From: a virus
IMG/VR virus record: IMGVR_UViG_3300040771_000127
Reading direction: 5' to 3' (one strand)
DNA length: 64,000 nucleotides
The notes beneath the pieces were generated by a model, which searched no databases, was not told the origin of the DNA, and saw nothing but the letters and a program-made list of their open reading frames with translations. Made by a program: the position numbers and the translations under genes. Within the stretch, counting starts at the first letter, position 1. Every line of letters starts with the position of its first letter. This document shows positions 19,974 through 27,986 of the stretch, piece after piece.

Positions 19974-20209
19974 TGAGAAAGATATATTTTGAGTTATCGA
20001 TATACGGCATAAATGCCCTTGAACTTAAAGACATAATTGCTACTCCCGTAGCTATGGCTTATGCTAATAAGAGCATCAATAGTATTATTGACCCACTGCC
20101 CACTAGGTTCCTAGTTTATGTTTCTTACTATCCAGTTGAGGCTAATACCTTCGTTAGTGTGCTTAATTCTGCCTTAATTGCCTTAGGTAATCAACACTAC
20201 AAAAAGTAA
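19973..20209 (+). CDS. Hypothetical protein
   Basis: 78 aa with a TAATG-type junction to the upstream ORF. Confidence 0.5.
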   Translation: MRKIYFELSIYGINALELKDIIATPVAMAYANKSINSIIDPLPTRFLVYVSYYPVEANTFVSVLNSALIALGNQHYKK

Positions 20210-20211
20210 GT

Positions 20212-20523
20212 ATGAAGAAACTAATGGTAGGAACTAAAGTGGGAGTGTTTTACAGTGTGGGTGAGTTATGCGATTTTTTAGATATATCCGTTAGTTACTT
20301 ACGCAAATTAGAGGAACGTAAAATTATTCCTGAGGCTAACTACAGGTACAAAAAAGCTAACTGGGTCAAAGCAGGTAACAGAATTTACTCCGAGCAGTTA
20401 GTTAAGGAATTAGTACCTATAATTAGTTCTTTTAAACGTGGAGTTAAAATAGATGAAGAGTCCATTCGTTTAATCACAATGGCTTTTCAAAATGAGAAAT
20501 TTTATTTTAATAGTAAAAATTAA
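20212..20523 (+). CDS. Putative MerR/excisionase-type HTH DNA-binding protein
   Basis: 103 aa. The segment YSVGELCDFLDISVSYLRKLEERKIIP resembles a MerR-family HTH. Confidence 0.4.
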   Translation: MKKLMVGTKVGVFYSVGELCDFLDISVSYLRKLEERKIIPEANYRYKKANWVKAGNRIYSEQLVKELVPIISSFKRGVKIDEESIRLITMAFQNEKFYFNSKN

Positions 20524-20526
20524 ATT

Positions 20527-20868
20527 ATGCCAGTAAGAAAAGTTCGCAGAGCAGTAAGTAAAAAAGTAGAGGAAGAAAAATCTAGAAAGAGAACCTCGCC
20601 CGACTTACATGAAGAGAGTAGTTCAGATATGCATGATGCTTCTAGTACTTCTAGAATATTAAATGCGTCAGGAGTACCAACCGTTTATGTAGAGAAAGGT
20701 GTTACTAAAAACATGGGTGATTTTAATTCTGCCCGAGTTACTGTAGGTATGTCTTTACCTATAGACTACACACCAGAAGAGTTGGCCAAGGCTAAAAAAG
20801 CAATAGTAGTAATAGATGCCTTAGTGGTTGCCCACCTTGAGACTGAGATAGAAAAACTATTTGATTAA
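20527..20868 (+). CDS. Hypothetical protein
   Basis: 113 aa, tightly spaced with neighbours. No motif recognised. Confidence 0.55.
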   Translation: MPVRKVRRAVSKKVEEEKSRKRTSPDLHEESSSDMHDASSTSRILNASGVPTVYVEKGVTKNMGDFNSARVTVGMSLPIDYTPEELAKAKKAIVVIDALVVAHLETEIEKLFD

Positions 20869-20871
20869 ATT

Positions 20872-21582
20872 ATGAATTGTATAAACAAAGTAAAAGAACT
20901 TCCCGAGAATTTAACTACCCAAGAATTAACTGTGTATTTTTACTTGTTATCCCGATGCTACGAGGATAATAACCTTATAATTAGTCATGTCACTGCTGAT
21001 TCGTTAAAGAGGCAGTTTGTATTAGATGAAGAACAGCTGGACCAGGTGCTAGATGCTTTATTTGACAAGAACCTTATTTCTGAGGAGCATGGTATTATTG
21101 GTTTAGGTTACTTTGTTGATAAGACAGTAGTATTGTACACCGAAGAGGAAAGTAGTTCTGAAGCTCTAAATGTTTTTCCTGACTTGCTTGAGCGATCGGA
21201 CACTTTTATGACTACTGCTAAGAGGGCAGTATCTAAGAATTTATCATATAACATTAAAGAGTCACTTATTGAATTGAGTAAAGTAAAAGCTGCGGAGTAT
21301 AATACTCACCAGATGCTTAAACTATTTAAAAGTGTTTCGGAACTTGTTATGCAGGAAGAGTATCGTGCTTTTGATAAAGCTGAAGCAGGAAGCATGAAAC
21401 GTTTACTTACTAATTTAGGTGGTGCTAAGCTTTTACCCTTAATTGTTACCTACTGCACCAACTTTGACAAATGGGGTAATTTTCCCAACGTTTTAAACCT
21501 TACTAAGAATAAGGACGCTATTTACGGAAGCTTCAAGGTAATAGAAAGTGATGAAAAGTTAGGCACGGAGAGTTTTGGATAA
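20872..21582 (+). CDS. Putative replication organizer / winged-helix initiator (DnaD-like)
   Basis: 236 aa. The N-terminal LTTQELTVYFYLLSRCYEDNNLIISHVTADSLKRQF...LDALFDKNLISEE looks like a winged helix. It lies upstream of the DnaC-like loader. Function is inferred. Confidence 0.35.
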   Translation: MNCINKVKELPENLTTQELTVYFYLLSRCYEDNNLIISHVTADSLKRQFVLDEEQLDQVLDALFDKNLISEEHGIIGLGYFVDKTVVLYTEEESSSEALNVFPDLLERSDTFMTTAKRAVSKNLSYNIKESLIELSKVKAAEYNTHQMLKLFKSVSELVMQEEYRAFDKAEAGSMKRLLTNLGGAKLLPLIVTYCTNFDKWGNFPNVLNLTKNKDAIYGSFKVIESDEKLGTESFG

Positions 21583-21593
21583 ATCTAAATACC

Positions 21594-22028
21594 ATGGATG
21601 GAAAATTTAAAAAAGGTCACGTACCACATAACAAAGATAAAAAAATAGAGGACTATCTTTCTCCCGAAGCAATACTCAAGGTTAAAAGCAGTCAATTCGT
21701 TAAAGGAGAGTGTTCGGGGGAAAATAACCTTTCTTGGAAAGGTGGTGTACAAAAAATATCTAATGACTGTGTGCATATTTGGGTAGGTACAAATTCTCGT
21801 AAAAGAAGACCCGTACTTAATTATGAAGCAGTACACGGTAAAATACCTTATCGTTGGATTATATATCACCTAGACCAAGACAAAGATAATGACGAGGTAA
21901 GTAACCTTATCGCTATTCCTAGAGCCGTACTAATGGCTTTAAATAAAGGTCGCATAATCAATAGTCACGCAGAGATTACTGCAGCAGTACAAAACTACAT
22001 AAACAAAAACCAGACTTATGACAACTAA
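21594..22028 (+). CDS. HNH homing endonuclease
   Basis: 144 aa with the HNH pattern NYEAVHGKIPYRWIIYHLDQDKDNDEVSNLIAIPRAVLMALN. Confidence 0.65.
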   Translation: MDGKFKKGHVPHNKDKKIEDYLSPEAILKVKSSQFVKGECSGENNLSWKGGVQKISNDCVHIWVGTNSRKRRPVLNYEAVHGKIPYRWIIYHLDQDKDNDEVSNLIAIPRAVLMALNKGRIINSHAEITAAVQNYINKNQTYDN

Positions 22029-22239
22029 ACTATTATATGGTTACAGGGAGGGAATATTGACAGCTACTATTTCTGCACTTGCAGGACACAAACATTTGGT
22101 AGGTAGCTTAGTCAGGTATAAATTAGTCTCTAAAATTTGGTGCAACACAAGGCAAATGTATATACAAGGTAAAGAGTACCATTACTTAGATTTGAATAAC
22201 AAAAATAAAGTTAGAACACCAAAATTTTTAATTGATTAA
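22018..22239 (+). CDS. Hypothetical protein
   Basis: 73 aa, overlapping the HNH ORF by 11 nt. Confidence 0.5.
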   Translation: MTTKLLYGYREGILTATISALAGHKHLVGSLVRYKLVSKIWCNTRQMYIQGKEYHYLDLNNKNKVRTPKFLID

Positions 22240-22241
22240 AT

Positions 22242-22424
22242 ATGAGCGCGACAGATTTTATAGGTGTAATGACCATAATAATTTTTACTTTTTGGTTGTT
22301 AATTAAGATTTTTAGATTAATAGTTCCTAAGAGGTACAATTGGAATAACTGCCCTAATGACCACGATACTATGGCTAGGTATGGTTATAGTGGTAGATGT
22401 ATTAAATGCGGTAACAAATTGTAA
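22242..22424 (+). CDS. Small membrane protein with C-terminal zinc-ribbon-like CxxxxH...CxxC
   Basis: 60 aa with TM segment VMTIIIFTFWLLIKIF, then CPNDHD...CIKCGNKL. Confidence 0.5.
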   Translation: MSATDFIGVMTIIIFTFWLLIKIFRLIVPKRYNWNNCPNDHDTMARYGYSGRCIKCGNKL

Positions 22425-22426
22425 TT

Positions 22427-23062
22427 ATGAAAGAAAAAGAAAAACCTAGTCTAGTTAGTTTAGGCATACTACCAATTTGGCATGATAAAAGTTGGGACGA
22501 TTTCACCAATGACGAAAGAGCTAGAGAAGTAATTGTCACCTACAGTAAAAAGTTAGAGGCAGCGGAAAAAGATTGTGTAGGTTATTTTATTTACGGACTT
22601 CCAGGTGTGGGTAAATCTATGCTCGCTAACATTTTATTTAAAGATCTAGTTGACAAAAGTAAACGGGTAAAGGTTATCTCTCTTGGTGGGTTGGTAGACT
22701 TATTCACCGCTTCTTGGAGTGATAGTGACAAACGTGAAGATTTCCGCTATTTAGTACAAGTTGTAGATTACTTATGTATTGAAGATTTTGGTAAAGAGTT
22801 TTATCGAAAAGATGGGGATGGTAAAAGTTTCGCTACTACCATTCTTGAAGATGTATTGGTTAAACGTTTAGGTTTCCGAAAGATTACTTTTATCGTTAGT
22901 AGTATTGGTGCAGGTGAGGTAAGTAAAATTTACTCTAAAAACTTGGCTTCACTAGTACTAGAAACTTGTGTACCCTTACAAGTAGTAGGGAAAGATTTCC
23001 GTACAAAAATACAGGCACGCTTAAAAGGTAAGTGGCAACCGGATAAAGAAAAATTACAGTAG
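22427..23062 (+). CDS. DnaC/IstB-like AAA+ helicase loader
   Basis: Walker A GLPGVGKSMLAN and Walker B YLCIEDFG. 211 aa. Confidence 0.65.
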   Translation: MKEKEKPSLVSLGILPIWHDKSWDDFTNDERAREVIVTYSKKLEAAEKDCVGYFIYGLPGVGKSMLANILFKDLVDKSKRVKVISLGGLVDLFTASWSDSDKREDFRYLVQVVDYLCIEDFGKEFYRKDGDGKSFATTILEDVLVKRLGFRKITFIVSSIGAGEVSKIYSKNLASLVLETCVPLQVVGKDFRTKIQARLKGKWQPDKEKLQ

Positions 23063-23064
23063 TT

Positions 23065-23445
23065 ATGAATACAATAGAAAAAAATAAAAATTTAGTGGAG
23101 CTTATAGGTAGAAAAGGTAACATAAATGAAAGTCTTTATACTTGGAAAGATATTGATAAACTTCTATCAGGTGGTTGGGTACCTTTAGAACAAATGAAAT
23201 TTAGTACTGACTGGAACTGGTCAATGCAAGTAGTAGAGTACATCGAAAAAATAGGCTACCAAGTAGATATTAACTCAAGGCTACTTCCAGATAAGTCTGC
23301 AAAAGATCATTGGTGTACTATTTGGGATGATGCGCATGAAGTAAAGGTTTGTGAGATTGGTAGTGATGCCAGTAAGATTCTAGCTGTTCACGAAGCTTGT
23401 ACCCACTTCGCAGTTTGGTATAAAAGCCAAAATACTAAATCTTAG
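23065..23445 (+). CDS. Hypothetical protein
   Basis: 126 aa ORF. No motif recognised. Confidence 0.55.
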   Translation: MNTIEKNKNLVELIGRKGNINESLYTWKDIDKLLSGGWVPLEQMKFSTDWNWSMQVVEYIEKIGYQVDINSRLLPDKSAKDHWCTIWDDAHEVKVCEIGSDASKILAVHEACTHFAVWYKSQNTKS

Positions 23446-23483
23446 GTTGTAGCTAAATTTAGTTTTCTGTATTATTACAGTAT

Positions 23484-23568
23484 TAAAGTAAACAGTTTGA
23501 AGCCTGCTAATCAGAAAGGAAGGGACAGGCAAAACGTCAAAACTCCGACCCGTTAACTGTTTACTTTA
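23484..23568 (+). repeat. Long-range inverted repeat (14-bp stem closing a 57-nt loop)
   Basis: TAAAGTAAACAGTT (23484-23497) is the exact reverse complement of AACTGTTTACTTTA (23555-23568). The element is intergenic and sits directly upstream of the tRNA-like element. Confidence 0.6.
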
Positions 23569-23572
23569 TTTT

Positions 23573-23670
23573 GGGGAGGCAAGTCCACTTGGAAGGGCAA
23601 CATACAGTGTCGGGGCATAAAGATATAAGCTAATATCTCCCCAAGGTGGGTTCGATTCCCACCCTCTCCA
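23573..23670 (+). ncRNA. Atypical tRNA-like element (canonical acceptor, D and T arms; no canonical anticodon arm)
   Basis: The 5' strand GGGGAGG pairs with the 3' strand CCTCTCC, including a G3-U70 wobble, with A at the discriminator position. T arm is GTGGG-TTCGATT-CCCAC. D-like arm is GTCC-ACTTGGAA-GGGC. The middle folds as an extended hairpin GGGG-CATAA-AGATAT-AAGCTA-ATATCT-CCCC instead of a 5-bp/7-nt anticodon arm. Total length is 98 nt. Confidence 0.45.
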
Positions 23671-23684
23671 CAAAAAACCATGAC

Positions 23685-24041
23685 ATGAAAGAAAAAGTAA
23701 AAAAAGCTGAATTATTAAGTATAGTTCCTAAGGAAGTAGATGGTAAGGTAAAAATAGAGGTTATATTTAGTGATATAGCTAAGTGGTTACCTAAGGAGTT
23801 ACTTAAAATAGAAATTACTCTTGAGCAGTGGCTACAGTTTCTAGAGGACTGCTTTAAACAATTAAAAGATCCAGATCACGTAGTAGTTCCCTTTGATATT
23901 ACCTTAGATTTCCAAAAGTCTCAGGTAAAAGTAATAGGTTTAGGAGAGTATGCATTTTCTTTCCCCAAAAGTAATTGGAAAAGATTTATTGAGGGAGAAG
24001 CGGAAAAGTTACTACTCACAGGAGTTATACAATTAGAATAA
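23685..24041 (+). CDS. Hypothetical protein
   Basis: The track ORF 23646-24041 begins with GTG inside the tRNA-like T arm. The first ATG (MKEKVKK...) is at 23685, giving 118 aa. Confidence 0.55.
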   Translation: MKEKVKKAELLSIVPKEVDGKVKIEVIFSDIAKWLPKELLKIEITLEQWLQFLEDCFKQLKDPDHVVVPFDITLDFQKSQVKVIGLGEYAFSFPKSNWKRFIEGEAEKLLLTGVIQLE

Positions 24042-24048
24042 TATAAAT

Positions 24049-24270
24049 ACCACACACAGAAAGACGAATAAATAAAGAGATACTACCTTGCTTACCTCAC
24101 TAGTAAGAGATAGGGGTAACACAAATTTATGGTACTACAAGAAGTACTGTATTTGTTTAGTATGATGATAGTTTTGAAGATCGGTGTTAGGCAACAGGTT
24201 AGTTCGACTATGGCAGAATGTCGGTATGTGGAAGAAACAATATTCATTCCTATCTTGAAGGGTGTGTGGT
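24049..24270 (+). repeat. Long-range inverted repeat closing a ~200-nt intergenic element
   Basis: ACCACACAC (24049-24057) is the reverse complement of GTGTGTGGT (24062+200 = 24262-24270). The 257-nt gap has internal hairpins (CTTAC/GTAAG, GTACT/AGTAC). A 49-codon ORF (24129-24278) also fits here, so coding cannot be excluded. Confidence 0.4.
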
Positions 24271-24298
24271 TATTTTAATAAATTTAAAAACTAATTTT

Positions 24299-24586
24299 AT
24301 GAGGACAATAACATTTAAACAAGTTAAAGATCATTTATCTGAGGCAATACTATTAATTAGATTTGACCCATACCAAGCCAACTTACTTCTTAAAGCTGTT
24401 TCTATAATGAGTATAGACATGGTTACTGAGCAGTTTTTATTAGGTTATATAGGTTCTGATTTATTTTTGTATTCAGAGCCAGATCGTATCAGTACTAATG
24501 TTTATAAATTCGAGGATGGTAGAACTTACTCTGCGTATCTACCCGCTGGAGGAACTAAAGAAGACTTGATAATAAACAAGATGTAG
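24299..24586 (+). CDS. Hypothetical protein
   Basis: The track ORF 24218-24586 is trimmed to the internal ATG (MRTITFKQ...) because the upstream part overlaps the structured intergenic element. 95 aa. Confidence 0.5.
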   Translation: MRTITFKQVKDHLSEAILLIRFDPYQANLLLKAVSIMSIDMVTEQFLLGYIGSDLFLYSEPDRISTNVYKFEDGRTYSAYLPAGGTKEDLIINKM

Positions 24587-24606
24587 TACACGTAACTAAT
24601 TATAAA

Positions 24607-25242
24607 ATGCAAGAAAAAAATAATTTAGGAGGTATCACTATTAGTACAGATGCAAGTTTTTGTCCCCGTACTAAAGTTGGAGGTTGGGCTTCTTATGTAG
24701 TTTGCAATCACTTTAAATTTAAGATTAGTGGTAAACTAAAAGGCTTTTTACTTTCACCACAAGAAGCTGAAATTAAAGCCATAGGTAACGTATTACATTA
24801 CATACTTAGTAGTCCACATATTCCAGAATTTAGTTACATATATGTTAATACTGATTGTAAGAACGGAGCTAAAGCTATAGAAAACCCTAGTACACCTTTA
24901 GAATGGGCAGTAAATAAAAGTCTGCAACTTTTGGCTACTAGGACTAATTGCCCTAAAGTAGAATTTAGGTATGTTGCAGCGCACACAAGTTCTACTACGC
25001 CAAGAAGCTACGTTAATGAATGGTGCGACAAACAGGCAAAAAAACACATGGCCGTAAGGCGTAAAGAAGTAAAAGATCAGGAATCAGCTAAACCTAAACC
25101 TTGTACTGTTTGTCCGTGGATCCAAAAAGGACAACCGGATATAACAGAAGAGCTTAAGTCACTTGCCAAATCAGGTGAATGGTTTTGTTGTCACAAAAAT
25201 TTAGGCACTTGTATAGGTGCAGCTAACTATAAAAGTAAATAG
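24607..25242 (+). CDS. RNase H (type 1) with Cys-rich C-terminal extension
   Basis: DEDD(H)-like order: ISTDASF, QEAEIKAI, VNTDCKN, AAHT, NEWCDKQAK. The C-terminal tail is CTVCPW...WFCCHKNLGTC. Confidence 0.65.
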   Translation: MQEKNNLGGITISTDASFCPRTKVGGWASYVVCNHFKFKISGKLKGFLLSPQEAEIKAIGNVLHYILSSPHIPEFSYIYVNTDCKNGAKAIENPSTPLEWAVNKSLQLLATRTNCPKVEFRYVAAHTSSTTPRSYVNEWCDKQAKKHMAVRRKEVKDQESAKPKPCTVCPWIQKGQPDITEELKSLAKSGEWFCCHKNLGTCIGAANYKSK

Positions 25243-25632
25243 ATGGGAGTACTTATAAAATACCACGTTAATGAGTATGGAGTTGTTTCCCACCCAACAG
25301 AAATTTGGAACTACACTAAAGATAGAAGGTTGTTTAGTATTAATATTGGTAGTAAAGATGGTTTTATGTGGGCTGTGGGTACTAGAGGTTATCTAAGTTT
25401 ACAGGGTTGGGGATCTCCCGTATCTATGTTTAATTTTATTTCACGTGACCAAGCTATTGCTTATGGTGTTCACTGGATGTACAAGGAGTTAAAAAAATTA
25501 GAAAACTCTGAACTACCTACCAAAGATTTAGTACTAGTAAAAGAAGCCTTAAAGAGCTTACATAGTAACTATGATATTAAGGTTCCCTTTGTTTTAAATG
25601 ATAACATTATCCTTATAGCACTAATATTATGA
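25243..25632 (+). CDS. Hypothetical protein
   Basis: 129 aa, starting immediately after the previous stop. Confidence 0.55.
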   Translation: MGVLIKYHVNEYGVVSHPTEIWNYTKDRRLFSINIGSKDGFMWAVGTRGYLSLQGWGSPVSMFNFISRDQAIAYGVHWMYKELKKLENSELPTKDLVLVKEALKSLHSNYDIKVPFVLNDNIILIALIL

Positions 25633-25928
25633 GTAAAGCGGTTAAAAGAAAATTGTACTATTGGAATAGTAAATTTGCTATTAGTAAGAGACGGGACAAA
25701 AATACAACTAATCACTATGAGATAATAACTCTTCTTACTGGTGAAGTTTTACCTAGTGGGCATAGAACAGATATGCTACAATTAAAAAAATTTTGTGAGA
25801 AGCAACTGTTTAGTATGAAGTACGATGAAGATTTATTAATTAAACAAGGAAAACCTCGTAGTGCTAGACGCGAGAAACTAAAAAATAGTCTACTTGAAGA
25901 AGCTTATGAATGGGTAACGAGTATTTAA
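25629..25928 (+). CDS. Hypothetical protein
   Basis: 99 aa with an ATGA overlap. Confidence 0.55.
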   Translation: MSKAVKRKLYYWNSKFAISKRRDKNTTNHYEIITLLTGEVLPSGHRTDMLQLKKFCEKQLFSMKYDEDLLIKQGKPRSARREKLKNSLLEEAYEWVTSI

Positions 25929-25946
25929 CATAAAAATTATACAGGT

Positions 25947-26276
25947 ATGAGAATAAATTTAATTAGCCAAAAAGAGTACCTTAAAATTCAGGACATTTAT
26001 AAAATGTTTCCTAACCTTACTTTGCAGAATGTAGGTTATGAGAAAATAAATAAAGAAGTACTTTCGCCTACCACTAAGTTAGTACTACAGGAAGTAGAAA
26101 CAATACTTAGTAAATCTATAGTAGGATTTATAAATTTTAGTAATTTTAAGATCACCTCAGAGGGTTTCCTACTACTTAGATTTAAGTACAATTATAACTA
26201 CGATGGACGTGGTATACCCTTTACAGGTGTAGGATACATTTTATTAGAAGAATTATTAAAAGGGTTTAAAGAATAA
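25947..26276 (+). CDS. Hypothetical protein
   Basis: 109 aa ORF. Confidence 0.55.
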   Translation: MRINLISQKEYLKIQDIYKMFPNLTLQNVGYEKINKEVLSPTTKLVLQEVETILSKSIVGFINFSNFKITSEGFLLLRFKYNYNYDGRGIPFTGVGYILLEELLKGFKE

Positions 26277-26281
26277 TAATT

Positions 26282-26512
26282 ATGCAAGGAAAAGTAAAAA
26301 AGAAGACAAAAAAAGAATTAGCCTCTTTAAAATTAGCAACACTTTTAGAAGTGGGTGATAGTTTTTCTATGGAGGATGCGGTAATTGAAATGTATAATAA
26401 TTACGACTTTTATCTTAGAAGAAGCTATGATGTTCATTTAGCAGCAGCAAAGAAAATGTTTCCAGATCGTACATTTAGAACTATTCAAGGACAACTAACA
26501 CGTATAACATAA
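26282..26512 (+). CDS. Hypothetical protein
   Basis: 76 aa ORF, 1 nt from the methyltransferase start. Confidence 0.5.
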   Translation: MQGKVKKKTKKELASLKLATLLEVGDSFSMEDAVIEMYNNYDFYLRRSYDVHLAAAKKMFPDRTFRTIQGQLTRIT

Positions 26513-26513
26513 G

Positions 26514-27929
26514 ATGGTAAAAGAATTCGTCATAGACTTATTTTGTGGTGCTGGAGGTACAGCTACCGGAATACATTTAGCTAATTGTGATAGTGAGGTA
26601 GTTGCTTGTGTTAACCATGATGCCAAAGCAATAGAAAGCCATAAACTCAACCACCCTAAAGCTGTACACTACACAGAGGATATTAGAAATCCTGAGGTAG
26701 TTGCCAAATTAAAAATACAAGTGCAAGAACTAAGGTATAAATACCCACTATGCGTAATTACTATTTGGGCAAGTTTGGAGTGTACTAATTTTAGTAAAGC
26801 CAAGGGCGGTTTGCCTAGGGATGCTGATAGTCGTACACTTGCGGAACACCTTAATATGTACGTGGAAGCTATTAATCCAGAATACCTAATGATTGAAAAT
26901 GTACAGGAGTTCATGAGTTGGGGTCCTTTAGATACTTTAGGTAAACCTATTAGTCGCTTCAAGGGTTCTGATTATACTGCTTGGGTAGACAGTATTAAAA
27001 AATATGGTTATGATTTTGACTATAGAATACTAAATTCAGCTGATTTTGGTGCGCCACAGTCGAGGAAACGTTACTTTTCTCAATTTGCTAAAATTGGTAT
27101 GCCTATAGAGTTTCCGTTGCCCACACACAATAAAAAAGGAACTGACGGACTTTTAAAACATTCGGCCGTTAGACACGTTTTAGATTTGACTGATATTGGA
27201 GCGTCCATATTCAATCGAAAAAAGTTGCACGTAGAGAACACACATAAAAGAATACTTGCGGGTCTAAAAAAGAGCGTAGTTTCTACAGATAAAGATTTTC
27301 TAACTACTTATTACGGTAGTGGAGCTTGTGTACATTCCGTTGATAGACCCAGTCCTTGCCTGACAACTAAAGACAGGGTTGCTAAGGTTCATTTTTTAAT
27401 GCTTAGTTACACTACAGGTGATAACGTTAAAGATATAGATGGTCCAGCAGGTACAGTAATGGTAAATGATAAGCACAATTTTGTTACCGCAGAACACTTT
27501 GTTTATAATCCTCAATACAAGAATACAGGCAGTAGTATTGAACGCCCTAGCCCTACAGTAATTGCTAGACAAGATAAAGCGCCACTTTATTTGATTAGTT
27601 ACGTTTTTGATAGTGAGTTGAAGATACCTATTTATGAGACAGACAATCCTACGTTAGTTAAGATCAAAGAATTCATGGCTGCTAATGGTATTGTAGATGT
27701 TCTTATGCGCCTTTTCTATGTTCCAGAGTTATTAGCAGTTCAAGGTTTCCCCAAAGATTACAAATTAGTAGGTACTTTAGCAGAACAGAAAAAGTTTATA
27801 GGTAACGCAGTAGAGACTACTATCGCTAAAAAACTATTCGAGGCGCACTCTAGTTCTATCGACTACTTAAGATCTTTAGACTCTGCCGTGCTAAGAACTA
27901 TGCTTTGTACTAATTTAATAATTGGATAA
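26514..27929 (+). CDS. DNA (cytosine-5)-methyltransferase with very large variable region
   Basis: Motif I DLFCGAGG, catalytic region WASLECTNFSKAKGG, motif VI MIENVQEF, motif VIII QSRKRYF, motif X IGNAVE near the C-terminus. About 240 aa lie between motifs VIII and X. Confidence 0.85.
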   Translation: MVKEFVIDLFCGAGGTATGIHLANCDSEVVACVNHDAKAIESHKLNHPKAVHYTEDIRNPEVVAKLKIQVQELRYKYPLCVITIWASLECTNFSKAKGGLPRDADSRTLAEHLNMYVEAINPEYLMIENVQEFMSWGPLDTLGKPISRFKGSDYTAWVDSIKKYGYDFDYRILNSADFGAPQSRKRYFSQFAKIGMPIEFPLPTHNKKGTDGLLKHSAVRHVLDLTDIGASIFNRKKLHVENTHKRILAGLKKSVVSTDKDFLTTYYGSGACVHSVDRPSPCLTTKDRVAKVHFLMLSYTTGDNVKDIDGPAGTVMVNDKHNFVTAEHFVYNPQYKNTGSSIERPSPTVIARQDKAPLYLISYVFDSELKIPIYETDNPTLVKIKEFMAANGIVDVLMRLFYVPELLAVQGFPKDYKLVGTLAEQKKFIGNAVETTIAKKLFEAHSSSIDYLRSLDSAVLRTMLCTNLIIG

Positions 27930-27986
27930 AGTAAGTTTGTTTTGTAGTTTAGGTATACCTATTATTGTCCTAATAAAATAAACCAA

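Noticed and set aside
21585-21869. 94-aa minus-strand ORF opposite the HNH gene, and all other minus-strand ORFs in the track (e.g. 183-404, 928-1134, 9243-9458, 15589-15858, 26669-26962, 32312-32626, 46428-46802, 51393-51761, 54295-54588, 59291-59602, 62071-62268, 62492-62701)
   Set aside because: Each is nested in, or heavily overlaps, a longer + strand ORF that has motif or synteny support. None has its own promoter or terminator context.
23573-23670. Interpretation as a tmRNA, or as an attP core copied from a host tRNA-Ser-like gene
   Set aside because: tmRNA: the element is only 98 nt, has no pseudoknots, and has no plausible tag reading frame (at most GCA TAA). attP: no integrase or excisionase is present in the window and the gene content looks virulent. 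Neither is fully excluded, so the element is reported as tRNA-like.
23646-23684. GTG-initiated N-terminal extension (MGSIPTLSTKNHD) of ORF 23646-24041
   Set aside because: The extension is encoded by the T arm and acceptor strand of the tRNA-like element. The first ATG at 23685 gives a normal start.
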